A DNA stretch of 64,000 nucleotides from Paragordius varius (lineage: Eukaryota > Animalia > Nematomorpha), in assembly GCA_964247055.1 (NCBI GenBank), contig OZ176054.1, forward strand, positions 2,232,001-2,296,000, read 5' to 3'. Position numbers and translations under genes: made by a program. The notes under the pieces are model-generated. The model saw only the letters and a program-made list of their open reading frames with translations, did no database searches and had not been told where the DNA came from. Numbering within the stretch: the stretch's first letter is position 1; every line of letters begins with the position of its first letter. This document shows, in pieces, positions 28,076 through 42,479 of the stretch.

Positions 28076-31000
28076 AATGATCTGCATACTTTTCTCTGAC
28101 GTCTTATCTTTGTTAGGCCGGTAATAACTTGTCATTTGAAAAAAAACTAGATATTAATTGTAATACTAATTTAATTTGAATTTTTAGTCATTAAAGGGTC
28201 TTGATGCGGATAATGAGCCATGCAATTTCCTCACAATCAGGGTTGTCAGGGCGGTGTACTGCCAAGTACAAAGCTATAATATCATGATTAAAATATTCCT
28301 TAACCAAGCATTTATATCCATTTTTTAATCGTTTTTATGGGTATCATCCCCTAAAAGTAATTTAAATCGTGGAGAAGCCCAAAATTTTAACGGGTTTTAC
28401 TCTTTATGCTTTGTGTTTATGATTAATTTTTACTTGTTACATCATTTATTAAATATAATAATTTTATGCATGGCCAAAATTTGGTTTTATTCCATATTAT
28501 AAATATCACCTACATTTATCAGGCATAAATATCGATATTTTAATTTATTTAAATTAAAAATTTTAAAAGATCGTTTTTTATCTTAAAAACTCATTATTTC
28601 TACAGTTTTATATTTATATTTGGATACATATCTTTTAGCCTTTTTTGCTTCAAAAATTTTAGATTCAATGAATTTAGGTGCACTAAAAAGCTATATTTTG
28701 CTTTGTTATTTAGAGTTCGATTTTAATATTTTTTGAGATCATGTCTTTTGATTTGGTTTTTTTTGAAAGTTTTTATATGATAAATATAATTTTTGCGTAA
28801 TTAAACCGTTTAATAATTAACTGTATTTCATAATGATATTTTAATTGTATAATAATTGGTATCATACCTAAGTTATAGATCATTTTTCTTTGAAAATTTC
28901 AAAAATAATTGATTTGGCATTTGATGTTAGATGAAATATGACTTAAATGGTAAGTTTCTGATTAAGTATTTTTTTAAAGCCTAAATGTTTCTTACTAACG
29001 TTTTTCAGTTTCAAATGGTGTGGTCATTTGTGTCGCTTTGACAAAAACTTCTAAAAGACATGATGTTTAAAAAAATCGTTTCGTTTTTTAAAATCCTTTA
29101 AAATTGAAAATCAAAAAACCATTTTTTTTTTAATAAAAGTAATATTAATAATAACAATAATTTTTTTCAATTATATTTACAAATTTTGTGATGTTTGTAA
29201 AACAACAAACAAGCGATGACGATTTTTTTTGAAATTTTCTTTTGATCTGGTGATGATGAGACATAGGATAAGTGCTTAAGTTTATTTTTTAATTTATATA
29301 GTGTAAAAATCAACCAGCAACTTTTAATTTAAGTGTGTGTATGTTAGTCAAAAATTTAGAAATAGATTTTGGCGTTCAAAAATTTATGTAACTGCGGAAA
29401 AGAAATGTTTTTTAGGATTTTTTTTCAAAAAAAATTTTGTTGCTTTTGTCAACATTCTTTGACATATTCACCGTTAATTATTTCTCTTTTATAAATTTCC
29501 ATGTAATGAAAATGTAAACGAAAATGATGCCTACATTTTGTTAAGTGTCTTATAAGTAAAAAAAATAACGCTTGGTAGGGTTTAAAGACAAAAATTTTTA
29601 ATTAAAATTAATTTACACGTACGTATGTTAAGGGAAAATTTTGAAGTGTGTATTAAATAATATACTGTATGGTAGTTTCATACAGATTTTATGACACATT
29701 ACATATTTTTGAGTTGGTTTCAGTGAAATTTTAATAATCAAAGTGGTTAATAAAGGTCTACTATATAATTTTGTAAATATTTTTTATTGTTGTTTAAATA
29801 TGGGTTAAGAAAATGTTTCATATAATCAACTGATGATACCGCTAATCATGTAAAAGAGTTACCCTGAATTTATTATTTAAAATTGATTAAAAAAAATTTA
29901 TAGGTACATTTGAGTGGTTATGTGATAGACCGTATATTAAAATATAAATTAATATGAATATTATTGGGTATGGCGAAAACCCTACAAAAACACTAACGGT
30001 TGTTCTTAACCAATTTTGAAAAATCGCAGTTAAAGGCTCAAAAATTATAACTCAAACCAAATGCTAAATAAAAACCTACTTCTGGATCACATAAAATGAG
30101 AATTTCTAGACTTGGAACCCTTTCACATTTAAAAATTATTTTGGGAATCTTTTAGGCCAGATTTTAGGGGATATTAGCTTTAAAAATCATTTCTCTTAAA
30201 AGATTACATGTGCCATAATACTTAAGTGTTTATGTATCATTATTTATGAAGAAATACTTTTAAGCTATTGCAAATCTTGCTTAACAAAATTTAGTATCCA
30301 TATCCTTAAATAATCCATTTATTTTGCCTGCCTCACCATATTTATCACAAGCAATTTTAATTTGCTCGTCTCTATAATTAACAAGAAATGAAAAACAAGG
30401 TATACCTGTCTATTTTTGTGTTAAAAATATTTTTGGTAGGTTAAGAGGTCTAAAAGCATTTTCTTATAAATAATTCATTATCATTATTTTATATTAAGTT
30501 TTATCTATAATTGTCATTGAAGGTTCGTCTTAAAAGCTTTTATTCCAGCTAGCATTTATAATTACAACCTTTCTCATATAATTTATTTATATTAGGTATT
30601 TATAAATTCAAATTATACCATCTTTTCTCAAACTTGTCAAATGTAATTATTAATTTTCTGATGTACAATCTTAATTTATCTCTATTTTCACTCATATTAA
30701 TTACCACATTACTTTATTTTGTATGTTAACTCGATTGTCAAAGGCAAAATTCTAAACATATTTCGGAATATAGGACTTTCTTAAACGTATCCATAAAAGC
30801 TTATTTTTAGCTATTAAAAATTTATTTTCCAATTTAAACATGATCGAAAATCTTTTACGAATCGATCAAACATATCTGTTGGTTTAGTATTGGCCAAATT
30901 TTTTAAACTATAAGTAGGTTTTATAACTATTTTTGCGTTACGCTATTATATATATATATACTGATTACAGAAAATATTATGATAATATATATTGAAAAAT

Positions 31001-32149
31001 GTATTTGAGTATACAGAGTGTATTATTTTTGCGTTTTGGATTTATTTAAATATGACATTGGTATTTTTATTTATGAATATCAAATATTTTGTGCATATTT
31101 TTGTAAAAAGCTATGCCATTTTTGCAAGAAACCGTATCGCGCGGATGTGGTTAATACGTAAAACGGCGCGATTGCGCCTTCAAATTTCTAAATATAATTT
31201 GTAATCAAAAAATTCAAAAATAAGTTAAAAATTTGTTTGTAATTAAATAGCTCTATTAATACGTGATTGTTAATCAGCTGTTTTAATATAGGTCGCTGAA
31301 ATATCTAAAATTTGAACGCTTTTGATACAAAAAATCTTTCAATTATAGTTATAACTCTTTTTATTATTAATATCCACAAGTAAATTTCATAAGAAAAACA
31401 CCTTTCAAAATTAATATCATTATTTTAAACAACATTTTTCGTTAATTCTAAAAAGAACAAATGTTTAATCATAAGTTTTAATGTCAGCGACAAGATTTAA
31501 AAATGTCATTTTAATATTTGATATGCTGTATATTTGATTCTACCCATTTTAATGCTGATTTATCGTTCCGTTTCCTCGAAATACCCCAAAGTTGATTTGG
31601 CACCGAAAGCGTTTTTGTTTACAGTTATAATCCTTGCTTATGGGGAAAAACTTTAATTTCTTAACAGCCAGTAAATCATATTTTAGTTTTAAACAATGTT
31701 TGCTTTGTGCTACTATAGGAGCTATAAAAAATGTTTAATTACCACCCGTGCTCTTACCACTTAAAAATTAAACACAGCTGCGGTTGATGTTATATAAATT
31801 TTTGTGATTATTAATTAAAGATTACAAAAAATATAGCATTTTAGCCACATCATATGGGCGCATTTATATTTGCATAGAATATGTATTGTGCCAACGCCTT
31901 TCCGCTATTTGACCATAGATAGTTTGGCCAGGAGCCCCCAGAAAACAGTTACAGATCGATCATGTATAAAATCAAGCAAACTGCGCAGTGCTTTCACAAG
32001 TAGTCTTCATTGTTCGATAGGTTTAAAATAATTTAAACCTATTCGGTTCAGATCAATTTATTTAAAACACTCCTAATTTATCATGCGAGATTAGCCATAT
32101 AACTTAACAAGGCGGTGAAAGACGAACTCCATTAAAAATAATAGAAGCA

Positions 32150-33330
32150 AAATATTAATTCCAAAGTTAGTTCACGAACATTAGTACTTTGGCGGTATAA
32201 TCTCCATGCGCCCTGTAGATGCCAGAAAATCAATCGCTATAATGAGATAGGAGGTGGTCAATTATTTATTGTGTTGGATCTACAGGGATGCACATCCACT
32301 TTCAGGTAAGGAAATCACTATAACCGTTTTTACATATCTATGCACATCGGCAATTTTTGATGTACGACTTCCATTTCTAGCTCACTGCAACATTTGAGCG
32401 GCTGATGGGCGTTTTACAAAGTATAATGGCAATAAGGACGGGATATTGGACGATCTAATAGGCAAGAATAATCTTAAAACCCGAAAACGTCGGTTAAGAT
32501 TTAGCAACTTTAAAGCTACCCGGGACTAATAAATTTGTGTTGTTTCATGACAAGGGCCTTTCAAACGGAATTACAAATAACCATTTGATTTGAAATTCAT
32601 AAACTGTTTTGATTGATAATCAACAACTTATCATCTAAATCGAAACCGTCGAGGCTAAAAAAACGCAGATGGCGTGGGACGATATCGGCTCCTATCATGC
32701 CTTCCCAAATGCTACGATTTAGAAATTGAATATTTGCCAGGGGGAAGTGATGTAGTCGCAGTTGCTTTATAACTACTGCATTTACCACAACTCAGGGGAA
32801 CAAGGAGCCTTGAGAACGTGCTTAAGAAGCATCACTCTAGTAGATTATCCACCAAAGATTTTCGATTAGTGATCAAATTGTGACGTACAAATTTTAATGA
32901 TACTTCCCGAGCGCCAAGAGGCCATTACCTTTTAAAACGAAGCTAAAATATGGGGGTATATCATTGTATTTTAATAGCGATAGAAAAATCATTATCATAC
33001 CGAAATAATAAATTCGATTGTATTTGTTTCACACCAGTCATCCTGGAATGGTAGTGATCAAGTAATGAATGCGGGTATATGGGAAGTAAATATTGAAAAC
33101 AAATTAATGCAGTGTGAAGATACCAAATAACCTAGGACCTTACCCGGAATAACAAGATATTTGCTCACGTTAAAGATCCTGGCAAAGGGTACACATTAAT
33201 TTTGCAGGACCTCATTGATGCAAATCGGTGATGCCAAGAAGTTGTGGTGTTGGCAAGGGTTAATAAAACACAATGAACGTGTTCAATGCATTCAGGGTTT
33301 GAATTCTGGACACATACTGTTGGAAGATCA
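32150..33330 (+). mobile_element. Decayed Gypsy/Ty3 LTR-retrotransposon pol remnant
   Basis: YDLEIEYLPGGSDVVAVAL (RNase H end, 32713-32769), HTSHPGM (integrase zinc finger) and WQRVHINFAGP (integrase core start, 33179-33212), in Gypsy domain order. Confidence 0.7.
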
Positions 33331-35555
33331 CGGTTTTTGATTAACGTATAATCAGTTTCAAGCGGTTCTTTTAGGAACGCAGTATCAGTCACAAATTAAC
33401 GTCACCGTTTCCCCGCAGTCAAAATGATTAGTTTAAAAAAATAGAATAATATAAAACAAAAAGCAAGAGGATCGGATAAAAAATCCAGTTTTGAGAGATG
33501 CCCTCACCGCATGCCGGGCGAATTCACAGGGTGAGGTCTTTGGGTTTTGCATGGGATCTCAAAAGGATTTTGGAACTTCTTATAAGGGCACACAGAAGAA
33601 CCAAAGGACTGAACATAACAAATTAACGGCTTATAAGCCTATGATAAAAACTAATTCTAGTTTGGTTAAGACCAGAAAAAGCGATGCGACAGATTTTAGG
33701 ATACGGTTTTTATCGCAATTCAGGTCAGAAAACACAGGACACTCCGCTAAAGGTTAAAGAAAAATATATTTTTGCATTTTAAATTTTTGTTACATGTCAT
33801 TCTTTTTAAATATAATAAATTAATGGTTGCCTCCTTTTACCATAATTATTTGTATTAAACAGATTAAAGATAGTCATAGACATTCATAGCATATGGTTTG
33901 TTAAATTTGGGTCTGGTATGTTTTGAGAGAATCAATTTTAAATTAAGTAAATTTTTTCCGCTTTCGGCATCCAGAAATCGGTAACTAACACCTTCAAAAT
34001 TATTTAAGGAACTAAAACAGGTCAAACAGTTGATCTGTATTTTTTCCATAACATTTTAAGTAGAAAGCCTTAATTAATACTTAGAATATCGGGTTAGTAG
34101 AAAAATTAAAAGATAAAATGTAGCTTAAATTTCAAAATTATATAGAAAAAACGCTTTTGGTTTTGCAAATATAAATATAAAATTATGACAAATCCTCCCG
34201 TTAAAATCTTAGAAATAAATTATGCCAACTTTAGTATACCATAAAATTACTTTTTTACTTAATTACAAACCTACTTTTTCACTAATCGTCGCTAATAAAA
34301 TAATTTAATCAATTATTATTATAACTCTACATTTCAGACTTTATCATGAGAACCACATGAAATTTATAAGTGGATTGTAACTTAACCGTGATCCCTCATA
34401 CTTTTATACATTTACCGACCACCAAATTAGGAATTGAAAGAATTAAAACTGCAAAATTTTATTTTTTATAAAAAAAATGGTTGAATCACATTATTTTGTA
34501 CCATAAATGTTAGACAAATTTAACTTTTATACGCTTATGTATAGTTCATTGGGTCTTTTAATTTATAAATCTAATCTCTATCGAAAATATATTAATTTAA
34601 CGCATTTTTCTTGCCGCTCTTAACTAAGTTTATTTTTCATTTCTTTTATGATTTAATAATAATAATATTTGGCAGGCACACTTGTAAAAACAAACCACTT
34701 GTTAGCTATAGGATAAAAGAAAATAGTCTCTCTTGGTATCTTTATTTCTTCTGAAAAATCCTTTGTAATAAAAAAATTCTTATCATCGCCAATAAATCTT
34801 GTTTCGTTTTGTGTGCAGGATTTCCTTTTGATTTTTTAGCTCTAAAGATATCTATAATTAAATTTTTCATTTTTTTTCTTTGATATAAAATATTTATATA
34901 TATATACATCATATAAAATATCAATTCATTTACAATATGAAATATTATCAGATGTGATAGATAAGTCGGAAAAGGAGATAAGGAAAGGAAATATAAATTA
35001 ATTTTTTTGAAAATAAGATTACTGAAGCAGTATAAAGGAGCGAACGCGCAATCCCAAAAACCATAATAAATTTAATCTGCCCGTGTCTTTTGTATTGGTT
35101 AAAGAATTGTACTAATTTTTTTTAAAGCGTAAATTTTTTATTTTATTTAAAAAAATTAAATGCTTTCGCTTGTTGGTTTTGGAGACATCAAAGAAATTGT
35201 TGGATATTTTCTGCTGCTTTTGAACGAAAGCCAAAGAAATTCCTTTCACTTGGTTTGACAGGCTATTGAGAGCTATAAATCTTTTTGGTGTACTTCTGTA
35301 TGTGTTTTTGTAAGTTGTGCGCTACTCTGCGCATATTGGAATAATAATTTTATGCCTCATTCTTTATTTGTAAATGGGTTTTGAATCTAATTTGAACAAA
35401 TATCGAGAAATAAATATTTGGTGGCTGGTATTTTTAAAAATATAAAATGATGTAACTGTTCTTAAAAGGTAATAAAATCAAAAATTGGAAATAAACGGAT
35501 TTACAAGTTTTTTAGATTTATAAACAGCGTTCAAGATTTGGGGTATAAAAAATTA

Positions 35556-36682
35556 CCTGATAAAATATATATATTGTTATAGGAAAAGATATCCAGATAT
35601 CCTGATGCTTTTGGTTTTGGCTCTTATTAGTGATTTAAGATAGTTATTTACACTTTGTGGTAAGAGCTCATATCAGAAAATGGCAAAATTTGCCACATTT
35701 TTTTAAATAAAATCTTTTTGGTGACAGTTATTCCAAAAAACATCATCAAAATATATTATAAACTACATATATAAAGCAAAAAATATTTTCTAAAAAATAT
35801 GATTTTAGATGTGGGCTCCAAAAGTATCAAGATTTTTGCGGCCCCTTTGAATAAACGCATAAATGCCGGAATCACACGATAAAATTTTAAATATATGCTA
35901 AATGATATCAACTGAAAATATTAATTAAAAATGCAAACTTTTTTCAAAAAACAAATTTTTAAAAAAAATTTGAAGCTTACTTCATACTATTTTAAGTCAT
36001 GAACAGGGTTAAAAACGCTTTAATATTATAAAAACTATTTTCTATATAATTCGACGATGCTGAACATTTTTGTTGATTCAAAAATTTAATTTAAATGTTA
36101 CCTGAATTTTTGGTGCATTTTTGTAAAAAGCACATTTAATTTTAACATAAATTTGAAGACGAAAATATTTAATTAAAATGAAGTGATACAATTGTTGGGC
36201 AATGTTAAATTACATACAAATAGTATTATAATGTATTAAAGCGTTTTAAACCCTGTCCATCATGTCAAAAATATTTGAAGTTCTTCAATAAAATTTTGCT
36301 AAAAATAAATTTTTGATAAAGTGCATTTTTAAAAATATTTTTAGTTGATATCAAAATTTAACATATATTAAAAATTTTAATCGCGCGATTCCTGCATTTT
36401 TGCGTTTATTTTAAGATGACTAGCCCATTTTAGAAGAGCAAAAATATTTGGGACTTTCCGAGCACATATCTAAAAACATTTTTTTGGGAAATTTGCTTTT
36501 TAAATAGAGTTAATGATATATTTTAGTGCTAATTTAGACTCTTATCTTCACCAAAAAAATTATTGAAATAAATATGCGCAAATTTAGCCATATCCCGATA
36601 TGGAGCACTTACTACAGTGTAAATTACTTACCTTGATAAGTATGATACATTTTTTCTATCAGTATATATATTATTTATCAGG
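35556..36682. mobile_element. Long foldback (palindromic) non-autonomous element, ~1.1 kb
   Basis: Ends CCTGATAAAATATATATA / TATATATATTATTTATCAGG. Diverged arms mirror each other over ~450 bp (e.g. TTTTAGATGTGGGCTC vs GAGCACATATCTAAAA). Related copies at ~49430-49890 and ~56380-57150. Confidence 0.75.
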
Positions 36683-39479
36683 TTATTTTTTGTGAATGCT
36701 TAATAGGTTAAACATTTTTTAGTTTTTTCTAGAGTTAAATGGCTTGATGAGATAGAACTAACATATGCCTACCAATTATTACAAAATATATGCTGTCAAA
36801 ATGGAATCAAAAGCATATATATAACAGCACCTTTTATATTATACAACTAAAAGGCCGAAGAATGCATATTTTTTATATTAGCCTGATATCTTAGATCTTT
36901 AAATTACTAAAAAGCGGGTAAAAAATTACAATGGGCATGGAATGATAAAAGGGATAAGTCTCAAACGATAGTACCTTTACTTCGAAATTGTTGCTTATAG
37001 GTAAGCATCGATATTACAAAAGTTAAGCCAAACGAAATCCCTTACATATATTTCCATTTATGATCAATTTTTATTCGAATTAAATTTATTTAGTCATAAT
37101 AGTATAATATTTGGATGTATCACCAATTATGTTGGGCGCATATTTTACTACTGCGGTTGGTTTAAAATATTTGTCAATTAATACAAAATGTCTACAAATT
37201 TCACCTTTATGGCAATAGATGGTGGGTTTTAAGTTGGCTTGTCATGTTTAAAATTTGATAAATATTAAATTCTTGAGAATAGGAAAATAAAAAACCTATA
37301 TCTAAAAATAAAAGAATAAAATTTTTTTTAAAACTATAATTATCTATGCGCAATGAATTTTTGTTATTTAAACCAAATTTTATAATAGATAGTGTTAAAA
37401 ATATTTTACTCGAGAATATAAACTCTACATCAAGAGAATGTCTACAAAAACAATCAAACTAAAACACAATGCCTGATCTTGTTTATAATATTGCATATGT
37501 TGTACATTTAAAAATGCGTTTTTTTAAAAACCATGCCTTTTATACAAGTTTGATTAAAATAAATTTAGAATTTTGGCTTACCATATTATCCCATATGTCA
37601 AAGGCTTAGACATATTTTTAAAATTAATACTATCGGAATTATAGGACATATTGATATTGAAGGAAACATCTGGCAATTTAGTAAAGACCTATGTTTGAAA
37701 ACTAAAGTTCTTATGATAATATTATAGATTATAGAAACGTATTTATTGTATTCGCTATATTTAATAAATTTAACATCAAAAAGCCCTTTATATATTAAGT
37801 TCATATTAAAATAATATTCAGGTCCGCATATAACAATTATATCAATATATCAGACAATGGTAAGTTTAATGCAACAGTAAAATGGTCAAACATTCTAAAA
37901 TTTGAAAATACAGCTACAATATACGGTACACAGGGTCGTATTAAAGTATAATTCTTTATTTTTAATTTCAGTTACATTCTCCTTTTTGGCTCCCCTATAT
38001 TATGACAGTTAATAACGATTTCTTTGAATATCCCAAATTAGGTTATAATGATAATGTGTCATACACCCAACAAGAAATGAATTCATGCAAAGAATTGGGT
38101 ATTTTATATTTTCGTATCTACTAAATATATGGTAAACGGCTCTAAAATAAAATCGAAACAAATAAGTCTAGATATTTTGTAGACGTGTTATCCTTATAAT
38201 ATGTGGGGGTATATAGTACGTAATTAACTAGTAACGAAATAATTATTTCAACAAAAATTACTACCGGATGCAAATTCATTTGCAATTAACTTTTTAAAAT
38301 AAAATCATTTATCTTTTTATAGTTATAACTCCAAATACAGTAAGGATAAACCAAGGGCACTTATTAACTTTTTTGCCATAAACATTATATTTAACCATGA
38401 TTTATCATTTATACCGATAAAATTGGTTGATTCATTATTACACATAATTAGGACTAAATTATCTTTTGCAGTACTAAAGTTTTATTTCTAACCCTTACGT
38501 AATCTTTTTAATTTACCATTTAAATATAAGTTTCAAGATATTTTTCATTCATATTTATTATTTGTACTTATAGCATGCATATTATTGTATAGGACTTTTA
38601 GAATCTCCTAATTTTAAACACCAAACATATACCACAATCACTCAACTAATCGATGAAATAATGCACGAAATCAATAGAAATTCGGAAAAACTATAAAATA
38701 TTTTTATTTTGTTTATATGTTAATTAATTTTATATCAAATGAAATTGGTTATAAAATGTAGGCATTTTGGAATAATAATCTTGAACAAAAAAACATTTTT
38801 AAAAATGGTTTCCTTCCAGAACTGCGTCTTAAAACAACAATATTTAAATTTGGTAAAAAATATTTTGTATTGTAATTTAACATTTAAAATAATTTACAAT
38901 TATTTAAATACTAAAAGTAATACATAGCTTACAAAAAATATTTGCATTGTGTGGGTAATAAAATCGAAAATAAAACAGTGAGACAGAAATAATAATTTTA
39001 TAAACAAAAGATGATGGAGTCAGAACCCAACACTTTTTGTTTTTTTGCCGGTTCCGAAAACGGTTCTAGTTTCTATCATATAAAATTTTTGGGTTAATTT
39101 TGTTAAAATTTTACCTAATTGATTATTAAAAATGTGTTTAAAAGGATACAACCTCTATGGGCCCAGAGACCTAACTGAGTGTTTTTAATCCTTTATCTTT
39201 TTAAATCAACTTTTTTTGATATATTTGGTTTATCATCTTAAAGTTCCCTGCTACTGTATCGTTATGACTTCAGGAAACGTTAACTAATTGATGTCGTAAA
39301 AACATTTATCGCAAATATTTGCGGATATGGTTTAAATAGAAATAATATGTTTTAATAAAAATTAAAATCCTTAATTACCAATCAGTATAATAGTTAAAAA
39401 CAACTAAAACTGTTTTTTTTTTCAAACAAAACAATATTTTATCATCTAAACAATATCGCGCACCTTTTAACGAATGGTA

Positions 39480-40010
39480 GTATGAAAAAGGCTAAAGCGT
39501 CGACCATGATGGCGCCATATTGAATCATTTATGCCGATGATCTTTAAATAAAGCCAACAAACGAAAACGACCTGATATAAAAAATTAGCTTATGGAATTT
39601 GTTTTACGAACCTTTAAGCTTAAACTAAATTTCTCTAATCTGCCTTCTCTAAGTATCCTAGCAGCTTATTTGAATTATAAGTCAAATCTAACTCGGTGCG
39701 CTTTAATCAATTAAATTCCCTTCTACTCAGACTCAAACCTCTTCAATAAAACTCCCTTTGCTTATGTAATCTGATAATACAGGTGGTGGATCGGCTCGTT
39801 CCTAAATTAATATCACATTGAAAATAGAAATATCGTCAAACTAAAAGCATGTCTCCAACTATCTGTTCCATACTTACTTAGGCTCAGAAACCTAGCCAAT
39901 GTCAAAATTAATCAAAACTTCTACACGCTTAATCCAAATTATTGTAATATTATTTGCAATCCAAGTTACATCGAAACTACAAATTCATACTATGCCATTT
40001 GCACTTTAAG
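39480..40010 (+). mobile_element. Decayed L2/CR1-group LINE RT remnant
   Basis: IYADDL, LKLNFS, LRNLANV and LLHAL...YCN occur in the expected order. Confidence 0.5.
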
Positions 40011-41928
40011 AGTGTCCTTATAAACCTCTAGTTGGTCCTTTAACTATTTTGCTTTGTTTGTTTTTATCAATTATTAATCATTCATTAAAAATTATTTTAA
40101 ATATTTATAAGATTTTAAACATAATAAAAAAAATATATAAGTTTTCTGGGTTGGAAAAATTAGTTTTAAACAAAAAAGTGGTTTTTGAATAAAGAAACTT
40201 ATTTTTAAATAAATAAATTAAAATTTTAAGGAGTTAAGTGTTTAAAGATCTTGTTCAAGACCAACTTGAAATGTTGAAGAACCAATGAAGTCTTCAACTA
40301 CCAGCCTGAAATGATCAAAATCAAATTTGAGGTTTTTAAGGACACTCTTGCAAATGGTATATATTCCACACTAAATACCATAAAAAAATTATAGATCTCA
40401 TGGGCAGAAAATGGAAGACTAGAAGATAGGCATTTTCTTAAAAATAAAAAAATTTCAATAAAGCATCGAGTCAAATCAGATAAAACCTATACTACATCTT
40501 AAAACATGCTTTTTGGGGTATTTTTATACCCCAGGGCCATTTAAAATTAAAATATCTCTAAAAATATTTTACTATTGAGCCAAATTTACTAATATTTCTC
40601 AGCTTTTTAGGCGCATAGCAGAAAAATATTTTAAAAAATATGAAATTATAAAAATTTCCTCTCAACTTTTTCGCCGCTATTTTTTTCTTTATTTTTAAAA
40701 AATACAAATGCAATTAATTGTATGTTACGGTTGAAGAATCTAAATTAGCAACTCTGAAGCTTTCACATTACTAGCAGCAAATTATTAATATTTATTTTGA
40801 ATATCAGCTCAGTTTTAATCGTGTATCTGAATTCGGAACATAAGAAGTAAAATTGTAATTATTTTTAGTTATTTATATGAGGGTTGATAATTAAATTTAA
40901 ATCAAAACAAGTATTGGCTACTCTTAGATCAGAGGTAAATAGGCACCTTAAAATGTCATCGAGCACGTTAAAAATGATTGTGATCGGCCCATGTTTGAAA
41001 TTAAAAGATCTTTCATGCTATTTATGGACAGCCATTCCAAAAAGTGGCATGACTATGATCAGTGTATTTATAAAAAAATATGTGACAATTCAATTTTAAT
41101 AGTCCACACGTTTTTTTACAATAATGTTTATACGGTAACAAAATAAAGTCGCGTGAATCTATAAATAGGAACGAATTTGAAATAGGCCTCGACTTATCTG
41201 AGAGCTATTGAACCATTTCTAAATCAGATGGTTTAAATTTCCAGAAAATAATTAATATTTTTGGATTAGTATTTGCAAAATTAATTGGGATTGAAGGTGA
41301 ACATGGTGGTTCAAAAGGTGGGATATTAGTAGTGCATCGCAAATGGAATTAAATGCTGCCAAATTATAACTAATTGCATAAATTTTGTAAAATTCATATT
41401 TCAACAAAAATAACTTTTAATACAAGTTTTATTGGTATTATTTTTATATTTTAAATTCTCTTTTCCATCCAAATGTTATGATATTTTATTGTTTAAACCT
41501 AAATTTAGGTAAATGTGAATTTGCTATAAAGTGAGGAACATAAGGTTTTAAAATAAAAATTTGGGTTCAGTCAGGTTTTCAGCCCAGCGAATTTTACAAC
41601 GATTACGCTTTCTTTTACTTTCTGCTTGCTAAATTTTGAGTCCTCATGTTCTGTTTAAAAATCGATAACAATGGGCGGTTAGAACTATGGGATTTATTTT
41701 TAAAAAATCGAATTTTATTTGTATCGCTTTGTTATTTATAAAGCTTTTCGCTAGCATACCATAATTCAAATGTGTTTCCAAAAAAATAATTTAGAATATT
41801 CAATGTTTTAGAACTTCCTGGACAAAAAATATCCTAAATGTATTTTTCACAAAATAATTTGTAAAAATATGTGATTTTTACATAATTTTACCACTTTATT
41901 GTAAGTTCCACATGTCTCTTTATTAGCC

Positions 41929-42279
41929 ATGCTCTCATATTATTCACCTACTATTTTTTTGATACGGACACTTAAGTATAGAGCAGTGTTAGATTTGCGA
42001 TGTCGTTCATGTTACAAATATTTTAACAAAGATGATGGGCGCTATTACATTGGTTGTCATAAACATCCACGTCATAAACAGGCAACACTCAAAAAGTATT
42101 CTTTGGATTGGAATAATTTTCAATCATTTTCTCCGTCAGGATATAAGTACCCATACAAAACAGGCGTATATCAAAACTATAGATATGTTCTTCCCACATT
42201 AATAGATCGCTATTATGACAAAAATATGGAGATAAACAAATGGAAACTAAATTTTAAAGATGTCCCATTGTATAAATAA
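41929..42279 (+). CDS. MRPL36: Mitochondrial ribosomal protein bL36m (L36) with C-terminal extension
   Basis: 116-aa single-exon ORF. LKYRAVLDLRCRSCY...YYIGCHKHPRHKQ matches the L36 zinc ribbon (CxxC...C...H) and the HPRHKQ signature. Short presequence-like N-terminus. Confidence 0.9.
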   Translation: MLSYYSPTIFLIRTLKYRAVLDLRCRSCYKYFNKDDGRYYIGCHKHPRHKQATLKKYSLDWNNFQSFSPSGYKYPYKTGVYQNYRYVLPTLIDRYYDKNMEINKWKLNFKDVPLYK

Positions 42280-42479
42280 ATTAGAATTTTGGTGTATATT
42301 AAGGATGTTTTATAATAAACTTATTCAACGGGGAAATTAGGTTTTACAATGTATATTATTAAATGCAACATGGTGATACATTTTCATAGACAACTGGTTG
42401 GTTTGATTAATGTTCAAAGTATATATTTTTATTGCAAATAAAATTTATTAATTTGCATGGAAAATGTTAGAACCCCAGA

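Noticed and set aside
35000-35420. Possible CR1 LINE tail on the minus strand
   Set aside because: Motif resemblance was too weak to support a call.
40880-41350. Possible Tc1/IS630-like transposase fragment
   Set aside because: Only a vague PP..NP-like trace, and no TIRs were found.
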